From: Mobula hypostoma
Taxonomy: Eukaryota
Length of the DNA: 64,000 nucleotides
Reading direction: 5' to 3'
Assembly (NCBI RefSeq): GCF_963921235.1
Contig: NC_086097.1
Span: 172,238,001 to 172,302,000, forward strand
The notes below the pieces were generated by a model. The model saw nothing but the letters and a program-made list of their open reading frames with translations, made no database searches and was not told the origin of the DNA. This document shows positions 61,068 through 64,000 of this stretch, piece after piece (position 1 is the first letter of the stretch; each line of letters begins with the position of its first letter). The translations under genes and the position numbers were made by a program.

Positions 61068-61894
61068 AAGGGAGATGAGGCTGAGTACAGGGCTACGGTA
61101 GGAAACTTTGTCACATGGTGTGAGCAGAATTATCTGTAGCTTAATGTGAAAAAGACTGAGGAGCTGGTGGTAGACCTGAGGAGGGCTAAGGTACCGGTGA
61201 CCCCTGTTTCCATCCAGGGGGTCAGTGTGGACATGGTGGAGGATTACAAATACCTGGGGATACGAATTGACAATAAACTGGACTGGTCAAAGAACACTGA
61301 GACTGTCTACAAGAAGGGTCAGAGCCGTCTCTATTTCCTGAGGAGACTGAGGTCCTTTAACATCTGCCGGACGATGCTGAGGATGTTTTACGAGTCTGTG
61401 GTGGCCAGTGCGATCATGTTTGCTGTTGTGTGCTGGGGCAGCAGGCTGAGGGTAACAGATACCAACAGAATCAACAAACTCATTCGTAAGGCCAGTGATG
61501 TTGTGGGGATGGAACTGGACTCTCTGACGGTGGCGTCTGAAAAGAGGATGCTGTCTAAGTTGCATGCCATCTTGGACAATGTCTCCCATCCACTACATAA
61601 TGTACTCTTTGGGCACAGGAGTACATTCAGCCAGAGACTCATTCCACTGAGATGCAACACAGAGCGTCATAGGAGTCATTCCTGCCTATGGCCATCGAAC
61701 TTTATAACTCCTCCCTTGGAGGGTCAGACACCCTGAGCCAATAGGCTGGTCCTGGACTTATTTCATAATTTACTGGCATAATTTACATATTACTATTTAA
61801 CTACTTATGGTTTTATTACCATTTATTTTTTATGGTGCAACTGTAACGAAAACCAATTTCCCCCGGGATCATTAAAGTATGACTATGACTATGA
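61068..61894 (+). mobile_element. Young Rex1/Babar LINE 3' fragment, same family as 26995-28696
   Basis: KKTEELVVDLRR...YKYLGIRIDNKLDW...LYFLRRLRSF; (actatg)n tail; nearly identical in reverse complement to 26997-27812. Confidence 0.93.
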
Positions 61895-62249
61895 ATGTCC
61901 TTGATGAGAGGTAGATGACAGACAAAGGTTTTACTCAACAAACAACTTAGCTGTTTTGATATCATGTTCTACATTTTGTTCAGTAAAAGAGAAGAGTTCC
62001 TACAGTTAGAAAATTGCCAGGCAAACCAGTACCAGTGCACATCCAATCCAACATCCCCAACGTTGACACAGAGATTACATTCAATCATCTTCAGTGGGCA
62101 GGCTGCATGGTGCTCACTCCTGCCCTGGGACTCCAGGTGCAAGTCCAACAAGTGATATCCACTAGGTCACAGATCTGATGCAAGGGTATTCTCAAAATCG
62201 CCTTGAAAGGGTGTGAGCATCACCAGTTACCAGTCCTTGTCCATCCGTG

Positions 62250-62858
62250 TTAATGTCACAGTCAAGAAAGTTCTACTTCCTCAGGAGGCTAAAGAAGTTT
62301 AGCATGACCCTGCCCAACTCTTACCAATTTTTATCAATGCATGATAATGCAATGCAAGGATTCTGTCTCGTGCATTGGTATGGCAACTGCTCTGCACGTG
62401 CCAGCAAGAAACTGCAGAGACTAGGGGACACAGGTCAGCATATTACAAGAACCAACCTCCCCTCTGTGGACTCTGTCTAAGCTTCCCACTGCCTCACTAA
62501 AGCGGCCAGCAAAGTCCCCATCTAACCCAAACATTAACTCTTCTTTCCTCTTCATTTGAGCAGAAGATATGAAAGCCTGAAAGCTCAAGAATAGCTGCTA
62601 TCCCATCGTTATCAGACTCTTCAACAGACCTGCTGTATAATAAGATGGACTCTTGGCCTCACAGTCCACCTCGTTATGATCTTGCACTTTATTGTTTACC
62701 TGCAGGACGCTTTTTCGGTAGCTTTTACGTTTTATTCTGCACTGTTATTGTTTTACCTTATTCTAGCTCAATGAACTGTGTAATGATTTGATCTGTATAA
62801 CAGTATGCAATTCAAGCTTTTCACTCTCTCTTGGTACATGTGACAATGATAAACCAAA
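62250..62858 (+). mobile_element. Old Rex-type LINE 3' remnant
   Basis: FYFLRRLKKF...WYGNCSA...KKLQR. Confidence 0.75.
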
Positions 62859-63104
62859 GGTAAAACATTAACATCGACTCATGGGATTCACCGGAAACAA
62901 CACTCAAACTGAAGCATTGAGAGTGCTGCTGAGCATTTCATCTCACTGACAGAAGGCGACAAAGCAGAAACAGCAGAAGGAGGCAGCAGAAATTTAAAGC
63001 ATCCTCCTGAATGTTTTGTCAAGCACCACCTGCCTCATCCCTGGCACAGTTGGATACCTCACATTAGGTCTGCATACATTGCTAGACATTAGGTCTTAAA
63101 CTGC

Positions 63105-63596
63105 ATACATTTCTAGACTCTGTCAGATTTCCACAGATGTACCATGGGGAGCTTTCTAACTGATTGCATCACCATCTGGTATGGAGGGGGCCACTGCGCA
63201 GGATCAGAAAAAGCTGCAGAAAGCTGCAAACTCAGCCACCTCCATCACGGGCACTGCCTTCCTCAACATTGACAACATCTTCAAAGGAGATGCCTCAAAA
63301 AAGAAGCATCATCCAGGACATACCCTCTTCTCATTGCTATCATCAAGGAGAAGGTACAGGAGCATGAAGTCTTCACTCAATGTTTTATAAACAGCTTATT
63401 CCCCACCACCATCAGACTTCGGAATGGATAATGAACCTATGTACACTATCTCACTAATTTTTCCCTCTTTTTGCACTAATAAATATATATAACTTACTGT
63501 GACTTATAGCTTTTTTTATATTATGTATTGCACTGCCTTTGCCACAAAACAAATTTCACAACATATGCCAATGATATTAAATGTGATTCTGATTCA
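63105..63596 (+). mobile_element. Old Rex-type LINE 3' remnant
   Basis: CITIWYGG...QDQKKLQK...HPGHTLFSLLSSRRRYRS; tgattc tail. Confidence 0.75.
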
Positions 63597-64000
63597 TATT
63601 GGTCACTTTAGGACCTGCATCGCCCCACAAGTCAGCCTCATTGCTGAAGCATATATTGCCCAGATTGGACACAATACTGCAACTAGGGTCAGACCAGTGA
63701 ATCATTTTGAAAGGCTTTGCAACTTTCACCTCATTGTATACGTTTTCAAATATATGTTTGTTTATATTCATTATTTGGTCCTCACTGAGAAGATCAGTAT
63801 TACTTCCTGTCCTTATTTGTCGTTGAGACTGTAATGGCATTCTTACTGGCTTGTTGCTATTGGTTCATTATTGTCACATGCAGCAAGATCCAGTGAAGAA
63901 CTTGTTTTCTGTGCCATCCAGACAGAAAAAAAGAAAACAGAACACCGTTACAGTTGCAGAGAAAGAGCAGTGCTGTCTTGAACCTTTGTAAGAAACTCCC

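Overview
Eukaryotic, repeat-dominated non-coding DNA (intergenic or intronic). I found no intact host protein-coding exon. The repeat set (CR1, Rex1/Babar, Neptune-type Penelope, HE1/V-SINE, DeuSINE remnants, Tx1/L1, RTE) suggests a cartilaginous fish; this is inference. Nearly all ORFs in the track are LINE or Penelope fragments or their antisense shadows. Highlights: (1) six Penelope-like insertions carry minimal type I hammerhead ribozyme motifs (CUGANGA...GAAACGUH). One is a 257-bp, TSD-flanked, non-coding near-perfect palindrome of two opposed hammerhead arms (45812-46068). (2) A decayed, intronless retrocopy of the TAF3 PHD finger (about 2575-2845). (3) A young 5'-truncated CR1 with an unbroken 699-aa ORF2 segment. 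(4) Four solo-LTR-like elements with TSDs, a Tigger/pogo derivative, a Tc1 remnant and a bipartite RTE element. (5) Several apparently repeat-free blocks that are candidate conserved non-coding elements. Family names come from recalled motifs, not database searches. Boundaries of old repeats are approximate.
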